A stretch of DNA of 64,000 bases from Lama guanicoe. Taxonomy: Eukaryota. Both the position numbers and the translations under genes were made by a program. The DNA lies in the NCBI GenBank assembly GCA_013239625.1, contig MU056029.1:496001-560000 (forward strand), given 5' to 3'. Of this stretch, positions 1-12,292 are shown one piece after another (position 1 is the first letter of the stretch; each line of letters begins with the position of its first letter). Below the pieces are notes generated by a model. It ran no database searches and was not told where the DNA came from. It saw only the letters and a program-made list of their open reading frames with translations.

Positions 1-459
1 ATATCCATGATGAGACATTTGTCTTTTTACTATCAGGACAGCCTCCAGCCTCTCCTCAAGCTCTGGCTGGCCGCCTTCCTCATCACACAGTGTGTCTCCC
101 CCTGCTGCCCTCTGGCCGCCTTCCCCAGCCTCCTGTGCTCTGGGCTGCGGGCCCCACTCTCCTGAGGGCCTGGCATGCTGGCCTGCGCATGGGGGTATCA
201 AGTGACTTGGCCCGAGTGCATCCTGCTCATCCATTAACTCCTACTGTGACACTAGAGATATTCCTGGCAGAAAAAAAAGCAGTTAACCTCTAGGCCTAAA
301 AACTTACAGACCGTCCCTTTCTAAGAAAAAGAGGTATTATACACCTTGTAGATACCTGCCATATAGCCACGTATATCATGTGTGTGTATAGACGCGTGTA
401 GTTTTTTTAAACAACAACAATAGTATTTACATAAATACTAAGAGTACACATATTCATCT

Positions 460-865
460 ATTAATTTTTAAAATTTTTTAATTTTAATTTTTTATTGTAT
501 TATAGTTGATTTACAATGTTGTGTCGGATTCTGATGTACAGCAATGGGATTCAGTTTTATAAATATATATAAATAATATATTTTTATTTATATATATATA
601 ATATTCTCTTCCATTATGGTTTATTACAAGATATTGAATATAGTTCCCTGTGCTGTACAGTAGGTCTTTGTTGTTTATCTGTTTCATACACAGTAGTGTG
701 TATCTGCTAACCCCGAACTCCTAATTTATCCCTTTGCCCCCCTTCCCCTTTGGTCACCATAAATTTGTTTTCTCCGTCTGAGTCTGTTTCTCATTTTGTA
801 AACAAGTTCATTTGTATCATATGTTTAATTCCACATATAAGTGATGTCATATGATACTTGTCTTT
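460..865 (-). mobile_element. L1 LINE 3' end (5'-truncated, cetartiodactyl type)
   Basis: T-rich tail, then ATAGTTGATTTACAATGTTGTG...ATATTGAATATAGTTCCCTGTGCTGTACAGTAGG, the reverse of an L1 3' UTR. Possible degenerate TSD AAGAGYACAC at ~440 and ~866. Confidence 0.9.
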
Positions 866-1539
866 AAGAGCACACTATGTTTAAAATCAGACATTGTGCT
901 GAAAACACTTTTGGTAAAATACGGTGTATCACCTGGTTTTAGCTGTGAAGAGAGCTCGTTGTGGGACAGAACAGAGACGGGGTGTGTGTGTCGTGGAGGC
1001 TGGGACCCCTGCGCTCTGCACTTCTTGCAGGCTGTGTGGAATCTGGGGTCTGAGGACAGTGGGCTGGCCCTCCCCAGCAGTGTTTAGTGCTGCCCTTGCC
1101 CTTGGCCATCCCCCCAGGCCGGCTCACCCCGCACTCAGCCACTGAGCTTCGAGGCTGGGATACGTGTCCCCAGTGCCCAGCTCAGGAGGGCCCTCGGCAG
1201 TGAGACTGGCCATGGTATAAGGTCCTCTACAGCAGTTCGCTGAATATACAGATAAGTAGTAAGACTTGGGGGAAAAAAAGAGGAGCGGAGTTTGGGGCAA
1301 CGTACTTCTGTCTTCACCTGACATCTGTGCAGGCAGCCACTGGCAGCCTGGGCTCTGCAGACCCCAGCCAGAAGCAGACCTCAAGGGCAATGGCAGTTTC
1401 AAGGGGACCCTGATGGAAGGGCAGCTCCTCCAGTCTCTTCCCAAGGTGGGAAGGGCACTGCCCAAGGGAAGGGGACAGGGGGAGGACTCCTGGGCAGCCA
1501 GCAGCAGCCAAGAGGGTGTTCAGAGCCCTGGAGAGTGCT

Positions 1540-2190
1540 GATGAACCGGAGGACTAATGGTGTGCAACAAATCCTTTTGCAAATCAGAGAGTTCTAGATT
1601 TTTGCTTTCCAGGAACTGAAGGAGGAGCTAGTCAATTTATAAACTGACAGATCAAATCTTTCACAATAATTGATGATGATTAATCACGAGGTAATTTTCT
1701 GCTCATAATGTGTAAAGAGTGAAATCCTTACAACAAAACTACTTCCAGTCACGTGTATTTATTAACGTGAAGAAGTTTTCCTCCATGCTTACATACATTA
1801 AACAAGAACAGGAGTACAGCGGATACCAAACCTTATCTCAAGCTACCAGTAGGTAATATTCATCCCTGGTTGCATGAAATAAACTGAAAAAAGACTCGGG
1901 GCCATTTGTCTCATTATAAGATGTGTTTTTGATAAATGTATATTTTCAGTGATTATTAGTAATTATTTATCGAATGTTATATTATAGTTATTTGCCTTAA
2001 TGAATTGAATGCTAATAATAATTACAGTGACAGGGGTAGAGTACATGCTTAGCATGCATGAAGTCCTGGGTTCAATCCTCAGTACATCCATTAAAAACAA
2101 ACAAAAAAGATGGTAAAATGACAACTTAAAAATATGAGAGGCTGTACATGGTAATTCTTTCAGAGTGAGTCCAAAAACTTGCAGACCCTT
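1540..2190 (+). mobile_element. hAT-Charlie DNA transposon remnant (transposase C-terminus and right end), interrupted by a SINE
   Basis: Frameshifted translation LKEELVNL...TKLLP...PYLKLPVGNIHPW resembles the Charlie transposase dimerisation region. Ends in TIR-like AAAAACTTGCAGACCCT near 2175-2190. Confidence 0.6.
2026..2108 (+). mobile_element. vic-1-type tRNA-Ala-derived SINE, 5'-degenerate
   Basis: GGTAGAGTACATGCTTAGCATGCATGAAGTCCTGGGTTCAATCCTCAGTACATCCA followed by an A-rich tail. Confidence 0.85.
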
Positions 2191-4180
2191 CGTGGAAAGA
2201 ACCAGGATGAGCAGGGCACATTCCTGAGGTCGTGAAAAACTGTCTCTGCAAAAAGTGATTACAGAGCTAGTAGGGGAGCCCTTTGTTAAAATCCACTCCC
2301 AGGAACTATTAAAAACCCTAGACCATGTACCTGAACAAGGAAGTAATAGCGAAGCCTCAAGACAGTGAAAGTAATTGTGATTTGACCAGAGAGCCATTTA
2401 AACATCTTATGTCAGGCAACATCCCAATTAAAATCAAACAGTAGTGGGTTTCAAATTTTCTCTCACAAATTTCAGTACACTGAAAAACTACACACATTTT
2501 TAGCCATTGTAAAAATGGCTTTCAACATGTTTTAGCCTAAGTTTAAATATTTGAAAAGAATATAATTTCTGGTACATTACAAATATTAACACTTAAATAT
2601 GTATGTGTGTATACATATATATGTTATGTCATTCTTTGAAATTTATACAATGAAGCCTCATTCCTCTAGTAAAATGAAATACACCATCATCCTTAAAAAA
2701 ATATAGAACAAAACTTTGACAGCTGGGAATTTTTTTTTTCTTCTGTTTATTTCCTTTTCACTTCCTCATTCAATTTTATCCTAACATAATTTATTTTTTG
2801 CTTGAATGCCTTTTATTGATTGTGTCTATCATATGTGTCTGTTACAAAACATGCGTATAAATGAATCAAACCACAAATGCACTAAAGCTGTTATTAAATA
2901 ATTGTGACAGTTGTACTCGAAATGCATCACAACGAAATACATGAAAATGTGTTTCCAATTTGTCAGTGCACCCAGGGAATATTGCTTAACACTAGACTGT
3001 GGTAAGGTTCAATGCTGAACTGTTTCTATTCCTGTTTTAGCTTTTCACAGCTGTGGCACTGAAAAGTCTTGATGTAAATGGGCTGATTTTTATTGCAGCA
3101 ATGATATTCAACTTTTTGGAGTTACATGTTCCAAATCCCATAATGATCCACCATTACAAATTGTTCTCATGAATCTATCTGCTGACTGCTTGATTCAATT
3201 TTGTTAAATGTAAAAATTGGAAACCACATACTTGTCGTGGAATTTGTTACCAAGTCAGTAACGCCATTTAGGCTCTCAGTTTCCAGGAGAGAAAGAGGCT
3301 TTACCAGGATGAAAAACATGAGAAGATAATTTTCCAAAAAGTAAAAATCATGATTCTCATACATTTACAAAATGAGCATATGTTAAAGGTTTTGTTTAAA
3401 TGCATTAGAAGTGAGGGAACTAGTACGATGTTATAACCAGTTCAAAGGAGACTCCCAGACCACATGTGTTATTGATCAGGAATTTGGACAGGAATGTGCA
3501 AATGAGGCTAACTGGCCTCTTCCACTGCGGGGAGGAGCCAGCTTCCCCACGGAAGGTCAGTTAACAGGGCTACAGGCAGGAAGGGACTTTCACTGAGATC
3601 ACTGGCTATACCGTACAGAGATGTAAGACAGCTCAGAGGCAACAAAAGACAGGAATTGGACGAGCTGGACTGATGTGCCCTGGAGTCTAGACAGTGCCCT
3701 GCTCTCCACGGAAGCACACATCTTCTTGTTTCTTTTTCACTTTTAGGTTCTTCCTAAAGGATTGGGAAAATTGAAACACTGATTTCAAAAACACCTTTGC
3801 TAATACAATATTTTTTGATAAATGACGTCTATCTCCTACTTTAAGTATATTTTCCTCAAAACTTCAAAACTGTAGATTTGGATTCCTCAGTGTGAGGGAA
3901 ACATCAGCCACATGGACCTAATGGTCAACCCACATGTCACATCGCAGTCATTTTATGTTAGAAAAAAAGTGGGCTTCATTTTTCTATGCAAATAAATGAA
4001 TGAACATGCCTTTTGAGGAATATTACCAAAAAAATTTCAGAAATAAATCGCAGAACCTCTCTTCGAAGATAGACTACTAGTAGCTGTCAAGATGAAGACA
4101 ATGCTGATTAAATAGAATTCAATGATCCATTCTGTTCAGGTGTGAAAACAAGATAACAATGCTGTCTAGCCTCACATAAC

Positions 4181-4323
4181 TTTTTTTTTTTAGTTTTAGT
4201 TTTCTTGTTTTTTGGGGGGAGGAGGTAATTAGGTTCATTTATTTTTAGAGGAGGTACTGGGGTTGAACCCAGGAGGTCAGGCATGCGAAGCAGACACTCT
4301 ACCACTTGAGCTGTACCCTCCCC
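4181..4323 (-). mobile_element. vic-1-type SINE
   Basis: Poly-T, GGAGGTAATTAGG, GTACTGGGGTTGAACCCAGG...CTCTACCACTTGAGCTGTACCCTCCC. Confidence 0.92.
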
Positions 4324-4625
4324 AGCGTCATACATGTGATAACGAGTTATATGTAGCCAGACTCACATATATGGGTGAGGAGCATGAGAAGAATCATTGT
4401 GTATCTTTAATGAATGGATGGGCAAGCACGTATTGAACTCCAGTATTTGGTTTCAGGAATAATTAAACAAGACTTATTTTTAAAAATTAAACAAGATTTT
4501 TTTAAAAAACACTAGAAAACAAAACCATTCTTTTTTTAGAGAACATGACCAAACTTTTCCTTGAACTCACACCTTGGGTATAAGTTTTGTTTTTTGTCAA
4601 CATATGTCAGGACATTTTGAACGTT

Positions 4626-4867
4626 CTTTTTTTAAATTGAAGTGTAGCCAGTTACGATGTGTCAGTTTCTGGTATACAGCACAATGTTTCAGTCATGCAT
4701 AGAGATACATATATTTGTTTTCATATTCTTTTTCATAAAAGGATATTACAAGATATTGAATAGAGTTCCCCGTGCTATACAGAAGAAATCTGTTTTTTAA
4801 TCTATTTTTACATATAGCTGTTACTATTTGCAAATCTCAAACTCCCAAATTTATTCCTTCCCACCCA
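4626..4867 (-). mobile_element. L1 3' end (camelid type)
   Basis: TTGAAGTGTAGCCAGTTACGATGTGTCAGTTTCTGGTATACAGC... Degenerate TSD GGACATTTTGAAC / GGACATAGTGAAC. Confidence 0.88.
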
Positions 4868-5707
4868 GGACATAGTGAACCTTTTATCTGATCAAATAAT
4901 CCTGGGAACTTATGATTAGAATAAATATTTCATGATCTTGTTTGCCCACATAGGTTTGCTTTCCTTATTGAATGATAATACACCAAATCTGAAAGAAAGC
5001 TCATAATTTATTTATTGGCAGGTCTGGTATGTCTTTAAAAATGTGACTGTCTTGAAAAAAACATTCTAATTAGGACGAAAAGAATCAGCATCACTAACAT
5101 GCACTGCTCCTGCTGTTTGGAGAGGCATGTACTTCTTGCTAGGGGTCTCTACTAATGCACTCAGGGGAAAGAATGGAAGGTATTTTTAGAAGCTGACACT
5201 TTCTCTGCTTTGCCTTCACAGATCCCTCACTCAGAAGCCACACACCCTTCAGCATAATGGAGGATGTGGTTTGAAAGCTATGAGGTGACTCTCACCACTA
5301 CACTAAGTCACACTGAATTCAGAACATCCCAACAAAGACCGCGGTCTCAGCTTATAGAGCAGCATCTCCAGCAACAGCCCAGGGCGTGAGAGCAGGAAAG
5401 AAGAGCCGCAGGCCGGCTTCTGGTGCTTTATCAGCCACTGAAGGGTGCTATTTCAGAAGGGTCTCTTGGTTCGGCTGTCTTTTGCACTCTTGACGGGGCC
5501 CGGGTGAGGCACCCGCCCTGCCTCTGCTAAGCGGGGGAGGCCTTCTGGAAGGAGGCACTGGGGGAACGGGGCTCAGGCACGGAGATTTGAGGAAGAACTT
5601 TCAGACTGTGGAGAACTCACAGAACTGTTGTAACTGTCTGTACTTCTGTCCTCCTAGGAAAGGCATCGCCTCTGAGAAGAAGGAGCAAAGGGTCAGTCCA
5701 GGTTAGG

Positions 5708-5840
5708 CAGGTGCTTCTAACCTGCATGTGGCCACAGTCCCCCAACCACACATACCGGCATCCCCGGGGCGCTGGTTGGAAATGCACATTCTTGGGACCC
5801 ACCCTGGACCTACAGAATCCAGCTCTGTGAGGAACCAGGT
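5708..5840. mobile_element. MER5-like hAT MITE fragment
   Basis: GGAAATGCACATTCTTGGGACCCACCCTGGACCTACAGAATC resembles the MER5A core. Confidence 0.5.
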
Positions 5841-6115
5841 CCTTTGCTGGCTTGGCTGCTTGAGCAGATTTAGGTGGAGAATTTGAGGGAGGAGGGAGAC
5901 AGGTAAGTTTCAACCAAAAAATTTCAACAGAAATCAAGGAGAATCCTGAATATTCTTAACATGGAGGAATGGAAAATGAACAAAATACACCAAGGGTAAA
6001 ATACAGTCTCCCAATAACAGAGATAAATGTCTACCTCTTAAATACACAAACGCAAATGAGAAAGATAAATGCTTTTCCTCTTGTCAAAGACTGAAGGGAA
6101 AAAGTGAGATGATAG

Positions 6116-6640
6116 TGTGAGTGAAAAAAATACTGCCAGCCATGCCAGCAAACAAAACAAAACAAAAAAAAAAAATACGCCGTGGTCATCAGCCACCAGC
6201 CACTACGTCCACCCCAACAGGGAGCAGTGGGAACTCAGGATGCAGACAAGCAGGCAGACTGGCCTCTGCTGCCACCCCCAGTGGTGCCCCCCGAGGGGAC
6301 TCAGGATGTGGAAAAACAGGACACTGGCCCTAGACAGCCAGGTAAATCCCAAAGGAATGATTTCATTGAGCCCAGATCTTTACACCTTCCTATACACAGA
6401 AAAGTGCTAAATTCCTTAATCTGAGAAATCTGGTTTTCTTTAATTAATAATAATCTTTTCATCTTCCAGCTACCTCATCTTTGTTGCAAAAACTCATGTA
6501 TCCTGGCTTCTGCCTTGTCACATTGGAACCACCTCTTAGAGTGATCTGAGAGGCTGTGTCCCGGGCTCAAGTCCTAAGGAAATCCACCAAATAAAACAGA
6601 ACTCTCAACTTTTAGGCTGTGCATTTGACTGTAGCCAATA
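6116..6640 (+). mobile_element. ERV1-class solo LTR, family A
   Basis: TG start and AATAAA near 6589. Collinear with the reverse complements of 8644-9150 and 29305-29783. Confidence 0.85.
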
Positions 6641-8494
6641 TGAGCAAGGTTCATAGGAAAGATAAGCCAGTAGCTTTGTGCTTTGCTCATGTGGCAGTGC
6701 GTCATTAAAGGAGTGTATTTCTGGAGAGCCATTTGGAAAAATGGAGCAAGAATCATACAAATGCCTACCTTTCAAAGTCATATTTCATGGCTAGGTATCT
6801 TGTCTACAAAAACAACCTACCTGTAAGTTTTCTCTACAAGGACTTAAACTGTAGGCTCATCTATTTATGATAAAAAATGTCCTCCCCATAACGATTAATT
6901 AAATCCGAAGAGGAAATGTATTAGGGAATTCATCAGATGGCTCTTATGCATCCATTTCCACCTGCATTTGAGGACAGTGGCAGAAATGCCAGCACATGCT
7001 ATGTATGATGAGTGGGATCTGGAACCTTGTCTATGACACACACCTCATTAGGAGAAGAGCGGCTCACGTCCCTGGATGTCCTCTCTCTTTCTCTCTCTCT
7101 CATGTACTTTCCCCCTTTACATGCTGATCGAACACGTCCTACATCAACTGACCAGCATTTTGAGCCATTTCACTGGGACTCTGCTTGCTTGCCAAACGCC
7201 TGATTTTGGCAGCTTCATCATTGCAGTGTTTGAGCAAGTATTTGAAGAGCTTCTCTTACATTTTCCCCTTATTATTTTATGAAAGAGAGAAGAAAAAAAT
7301 GGAATAATGAAAGTTCTGTAGCAGGAGAGGTTCTCCAAAATAAAATGAAATCAGCGTGAGGTTGGAAATCTGAAGGGTGCCATTAGCTACAGTCATACGT
7401 CCTTGGCTCTACTTTTTATGCTTAACTGATTAAGAAAGATTCAAAATTAAAGATGACATTCATAATGCTGGAATTAAACTTTCAAGATCGTGTCTGGAGG
7501 CCAGATTTGACTAGGAATTTGTAATATTCTTGGTATTATGTGTGCCAGTAGGAATCTACCTATGTGCATAGAAACAATCTTGGACGGTAACACTGAAGAA
7601 TATTAAGATACTAAAGATGGGTATTTCCGGTTGGTGAGATTACTCTCATCTGTATTTTCTAAATATCCTGAAGAGAATATGAATAGTTTTTAATCTGTCA
7701 TTCTTAAGGGGAAAAGAAGGAAACTCACCCTATTAACTTGCTGCCCTCCAGGTGGGGGTGATCCCGGGGGTGCAGAGAGATTGGATGCAATCAGAACCCC
7801 AGAATTGTCTAGATTGACAGCCCCCTTCATGCTTGCATCCCCAGGACCATTTATCCGCTCACCCTGACTCGATTTGCTATGAGAGCCCTTCAGTTATGTG
7901 AAGGCAGCTGTCCCACCCCCGCCTTTATTTTCCAGGTGCTGTGATGACCAATAGACTCGCTCACATCATTGAAAGGCATGTTCTCTTCTCAGAAGCATGT
8001 GTCTAATTCTCTCTGTCACTCCTCCTAGGATGTAGTGTTGGGTGTTCTCATGATCTCAGACGCACTCTTGTCTCTCTGCCCTTTACTAGGTGATGACCCT
8101 GGTGGGCACAGAAGGGCTCTGCCCACGCCCAGCACAAAGGGTAGGTGACATGCTGCCCAGGCCCTGTGGTGGGACTGCATGGACCTGTGTGGGTTGTGAC
8201 ATGGAGCTGGTTTGCTGAGGGACAAGTGCAGCCTGAATGAGTCACCTGCAGGCAGACAAATGCCTCACTTGGTCTCTCTGCCTCCACAGCTCCTGTCCCT
8301 CCCTTCCTGCAGCACGATCAGCCTTCTCTCTCTTAGACAGGGTTCTCCAATTTATCCCCCTGGAGGGTCTCCCAGCCTGTGCTGTTGTGTCCTGGGACTT
8401 TTGGGAACATTCCTCCTGCTTCACAGCAGTAGTCCCAACCCACCTCCTGCCTCATTTTCCTGCCAACCCTTTCCTGACTCCAGGCCACCATGGG

Positions 8495-9209
8495 CAGCGG
8501 TTCTCCACTGGGTGGTTGGTGGCTTGACCTCTGAGGACATTTGCTGGTCATGGAGGCCGTTCTGGTGTCATGACTTGGGAAGGACATCTAGTGAGTAGGA
8601 CCAGGGATGCAGCTAAACCTCTTCCAGTGCCCAGGACAGTCCGTAGTGACTAAAAAAAAATGTACAACCTAAAAGCTGAGAGATATGTTTTGTTCAGCAG
8701 ACTTTTTGAGGACTCAAACCTGGCAGGTGGCCTCGCAGATCGCTCTGAGGGACCGCTCCAAAGAGGCAGGGGAGGAGCCAGGATATATAGGAGTTTGCCA
8801 CAAAGACCAGGTAGTGGGAACATCGAAAGGTTACTGTTAATTAAAGAAAACCAGACATCTCAAGTTACGGAATTTAGCACTTTTCTATGTGTGGGAACAT
8901 GCAAAGATCTGGGCTCATTGAAATCATTCCTTCTGAGATGCACCTAGCTGTCTAGGGCCAGATTCTTATTCTTTCCCATCCTGAGTCCCTCAGGGGGCAC
9001 CACTGGGGGTGGCAGCAGAGGCTGGGCTGCCTGCTTGTCTGCATCCCGAGTTCCCTCCGCTCCCTGTCAGGGGTGGCAGTAGTGGCTGATGACTTGATGG
9101 CTGCAGCATCCTTTGTTTACTGATTTGGCTGGCAATATTTTTTGTTCACACCCCCGCCACAAGGGTTTATCCAGCCCAGTGTTGATTCTGTCAAGGCTGA
9201 GAAACCCTG
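8495..9209 (+). mobile_element. MER20 hAT element split by an LTR (8495-8643 and 9151-9209)
   Basis: CAGCGGTTCTCCACTGGG...CCAGGGATGCAGCTAAAC, resuming after the LTR with ...CAAGGCTGAGAAACCCTG. Confidence 0.75.
8644..9150 (-). mobile_element. ERV1-class solo LTR, family A
   Basis: Reverse complement aligns along 6116-6640. TATA-like GGATATATAGG. Ends ...TTCACA. Confidence 0.88.
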
Positions 9210-9596
9210 TCATGGGGGCATGAGGAGTGGAAAATGAGTAAGTGCAAAGGCAGTCTTGGGGTCAACAGTAAAGGCTGGCTATTGTGGGATGGCCTGAATG
9301 ATGGTGATTCTTCTCAGAGCACTATCCCATTGTCCTATCAAGCTGCTGGGGGACACTTGGTCTCGCAGTTAACATGGCCACAGAGAGGCCCTCAGATCCC
9401 ACCGAGGCACAGGCCTCCCTGCAGCACAGCCCCTGTTTATAGTGTAAGCTCTCATGTGGGGATGGGGCGGCAGGAAGACGCTGGCTGCCTGATGGGGGAT
9501 CCACACCCCCAGTACTCAAATCTAAAACTACATAAGAAGAAAAAAGTTTAGAATGTATTTATGATTAATCTCACTAGTTAAAAAATTCTTACCAGA

Positions 9597-9759
9597 GGGG
9601 AGGGTATAGTGGTAGAGTGGTAGGGTCAGTGGTAGAGCACGTGCTTAACATGCATGAGGTCGTGGGTTCCATCCCCAGTGCCTATGAAGTAAGTAGATAG
9701 GCCTAATCACCATCTCCCCAACCCCCTGGCCAGAAAAACCCCCACAAACCAAAAAAAAG
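9597..9759 (+). mobile_element. vic-1-type SINE with TSD
   Basis: tRNA-Ala-like head. TSD AAATTCTTACCA (9583-9594) / AAATCTTACCA (9760-9770). Confidence 0.9.
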
Positions 9760-10610
9760 AAATCTTACCATTAAGCGAATCTGAATTAGGCAATTAAGTG
9801 TCACCCTGTTCTATAAAGGAAATACATTTTCTGTTTTGTCTCTGTGTATAAGGTTGGCCGTGACCCACAGGGGTAGGAAGAATGGTAGACTTTCTCAGGG
9901 AATCCAGGTGTGGAGGGCAGAGCACTCAGGGCCCCCCCCCGCCCCCCGGGCAGTGTCAACCCACGTTCCTGCAAATGCAAAACATTTGCATCACGAATGC
10001 AGCGTTCTCTTTGGAACCTGAGAAGTACTTACATAGCCAGGAAATTGGACGACTGGGGAGAAGGTTAAATACCGGCCAAATCTTCGAAGGACAGAAATAG
10101 CTTTCTTTGAAAGGTCTCGGAGCATTTCAGCGTTCTGGGAAATTTCAGTTCTTAAAATAATAGTTCGGTGGCCCCTTTGGTCTTGGGAGCGCATGCCTGC
10201 CACGGGCGCTGGGAAGATGGAGAGCGAGTGCCTGACGTCTGCAAACCCCGCTGGAGGATGCGGTTGGCTTTTTCTGCACGTGGGCTGCCGAAACAGAAAC
10301 GTGCTTGGCTCTGCTGCAGGGGAACGTGTTGAAAGTCATTCACAGAACCCTCTTGTTTCCCGGTCTGAAAGGGGGCTTGTCCTGGTGTAGGGTGGGTTGT
10401 CACCTACGTGACGCACTGGCTGCCTTGTTCCCAAATGTTAGCGGAGCTCAGAGCTGGGAAAGTCACCACGGCCCCAAGGTGCACTCCCTGCCACCCCCGG
10501 GTCTGCTGCTTGGGCTGCGGGACCCAGGACTGTCCCCAGGAGGGGACCAGCACCTCCTCCCATTGCCTCACCCCTCAGCTGCTGGCCAGCCTCTCGGGAA
10601 TAACTAGACC

Positions 10611-11107
10611 TGTTACCGAGCCCAGGCTCACACTGCCCCCCTCACAACAGACCGAGAATCGGAAGGACGAGGGGCTGCGGCAAGGAAGAGCGACCTTACT
10701 GGGAAAGCCAGGAGACCGAGAGGATGGTGGGCTAGCGTCTCAAAGAAACATCCCGCGTAGGTTTGGAGCTAGTTTTTCTTACAGGACAAAGAAAAGGCGA
10801 GGAAATAAAGTCAAAAAAGGCGACAAGTTGTTGCAAATATGTCCTAGTTGCAGCCAGAGGGGAGGTGTTTATCTCTTCCTTCCTGCAGCCATTCGCAGGT
10901 GGGCCTGGTCAGGATGTTCCCTGTGAGCTAAACAAAGGTGTTTTAGCGCAACGCTCAGGCTCGGGAGGCAGGGTGCTCGGAGATGGGCCATCATGTGTAG
11001 TTAAGCTCATAAGCCGCATCCCGTCAGTGATGACCAGCAACGGAGCACACAGGTCAGAGTGAAGGAGGAGGCCCAGTGTGGAGTCAGACTTGTTCTTCCC
11101 GACTACA
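10611..11107 (-). mobile_element. ERV1-class LTR, family B-related
   Basis: Starts TGTTACCGAG and ends GTCAGACTTGTTCTTCCCGACTACA, the same termini as 12946-13462 and 19976-20497. Interior is more diverged. Confidence 0.8.
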
Positions 11108-11354
11108 CCCCAACTTGGTTTAGGGGTTCGGACCGTGCTTCTCTGAGCAGTTTCTGAGGTGTTCTTCAAAGCTAAGGATGCTAACATTCGCCCTAAGAAT
11201 GATGCCTGTGTCATAGCAACGTACCCACTGCAGGAAGTGGCCGGGGTGCAGGGCCTCCCCCGCCCCCACGCACTCCAGGTAGCCGCTCCTGCGCTCCTGT
11301 TCCCCAGGCCTGTAATCCCATTCATTCCGGCCGCATCCCTACTTTATAAAGAAC

Positions 11355-11705
11355 TGTAACAGCAACCTGAATCCCGAGGAGAGACCAAGCGACACTCAGA
11401 GGGTTGGAGAACTCAGGTTTATCATGCCGGCGGGCCCAGAGGAATTAATACTCCAAGCTCTGGACCCCGTCTGTAGGTTTACACAGGCTTTTATAGGGTT
11501 TTAGGTTTCGATTAAGTTTGTGCCACATGCAAATAAGGTGTTAGAAATGGACCAATCAGGAGTGAGCTTTTGGGAAGCAATGGAATTTTAGGGGTAAGTT
11601 TCATTTTCCTAGAAGGAAGCCGTTTTACAGAAGAGCAAAAGCGGGAAGGGAATGGCCCTGCCTGGGAGGTCTTGCTGGTCCCTTTGTGGGTTTTGACGCT
11701 TAACA
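11355..11705 (-). mobile_element. ERV solo LTR with TATA, CCAAT and octamer motifs
   Basis: TGTAACA...TTAACA ends. CTTTTATAGG (minus-strand TATA), GACCAATCAG, and ATGCAAAT at 11527-11534. Confidence 0.75.
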
Positions 11706-12278
11706 AGCGTCAGGGGAATGAGGCACAGCGCTCAGAGTTAGGTAGAGGATGGGGCCTCGACTCTTTCCTTTAGATGCTGTAGTGAGCGTTATCACCTGAG
11801 GACAAGGGGCTGTGCTCTGGGCCCTGGTGACCTGGTGAAGCCTCCTTCGCCACCCCATCTCAGGCCCGGATCCCAAGGCTGTCCTCCCCCAGGCCTCCCC
11901 TCCATCAGCTAGCCCACCCCTCTCCAGCCTGGCACCATCACCTGCCCTGCTGCTCTCCGGAATAACCTTCAGCTTTCTCTCTTGAACCTGATCCTCTGTC
12001 TGGATGCTGGTTGCTCCAGCAGGCTCGCCAGACACATATGCACAGTCACTTAAGCTCAGGTCCTGTCTCCGTCCACCTTCCAGGCCCCGTAGCTGCAGTC
12101 CATTCTGAGCTCTACTAATGGCCTCTGATAGGCAGTACACGGCTCCAAGGCAAAGAGGCGTTTGTGATCTTTAATGCTGAGTGCAGGGCACTATTAGGAG
12201 GTTGAGGGGAAAACAGATTTTTCTTTGCTGCCCAGGAAGGCAAAACGTGCAAGGGTAGGGAGTGTGCCGAGGGCAACG

Positions 12279-12292
12279 GTGCCATCTAGTGG
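12279..12292 (-). promoter_or_regulatory. Candidate CTCF binding site
   Basis: Minus strand CCACTAGATGGCAC matches the CTCF core consensus CCACYAGRKGGCRC, in apparently unique sequence. Confidence 0.55.

Larger units (their letters stand above)
2439..5100 (-). mobile_element. hAT-Charlie DNA transposon remnant, interrupted by a SINE and an L1
   Basis: TIR-like CAGTAGTGGGTTTCAAATTTT at the left end. The minus strand near 2950-3170 reads ...KLNIIAAIKISPFTS...SIEPYHSLVLSNIP (Charlie C-terminal motif). The right boundary is uncertain. Confidence 0.55.

Noticed and set aside
7135..7340. Possible coding exon in unique-looking sequence
   Set aside because: No frame gives a recognisable peptide and I found no convincing splice-site pair.
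8987..9001. CTCF-like CCCTCAGGGGGCAC in family-A LTRs
   Set aside because: It mismatches the 5' part of the core and varies among the three copies.
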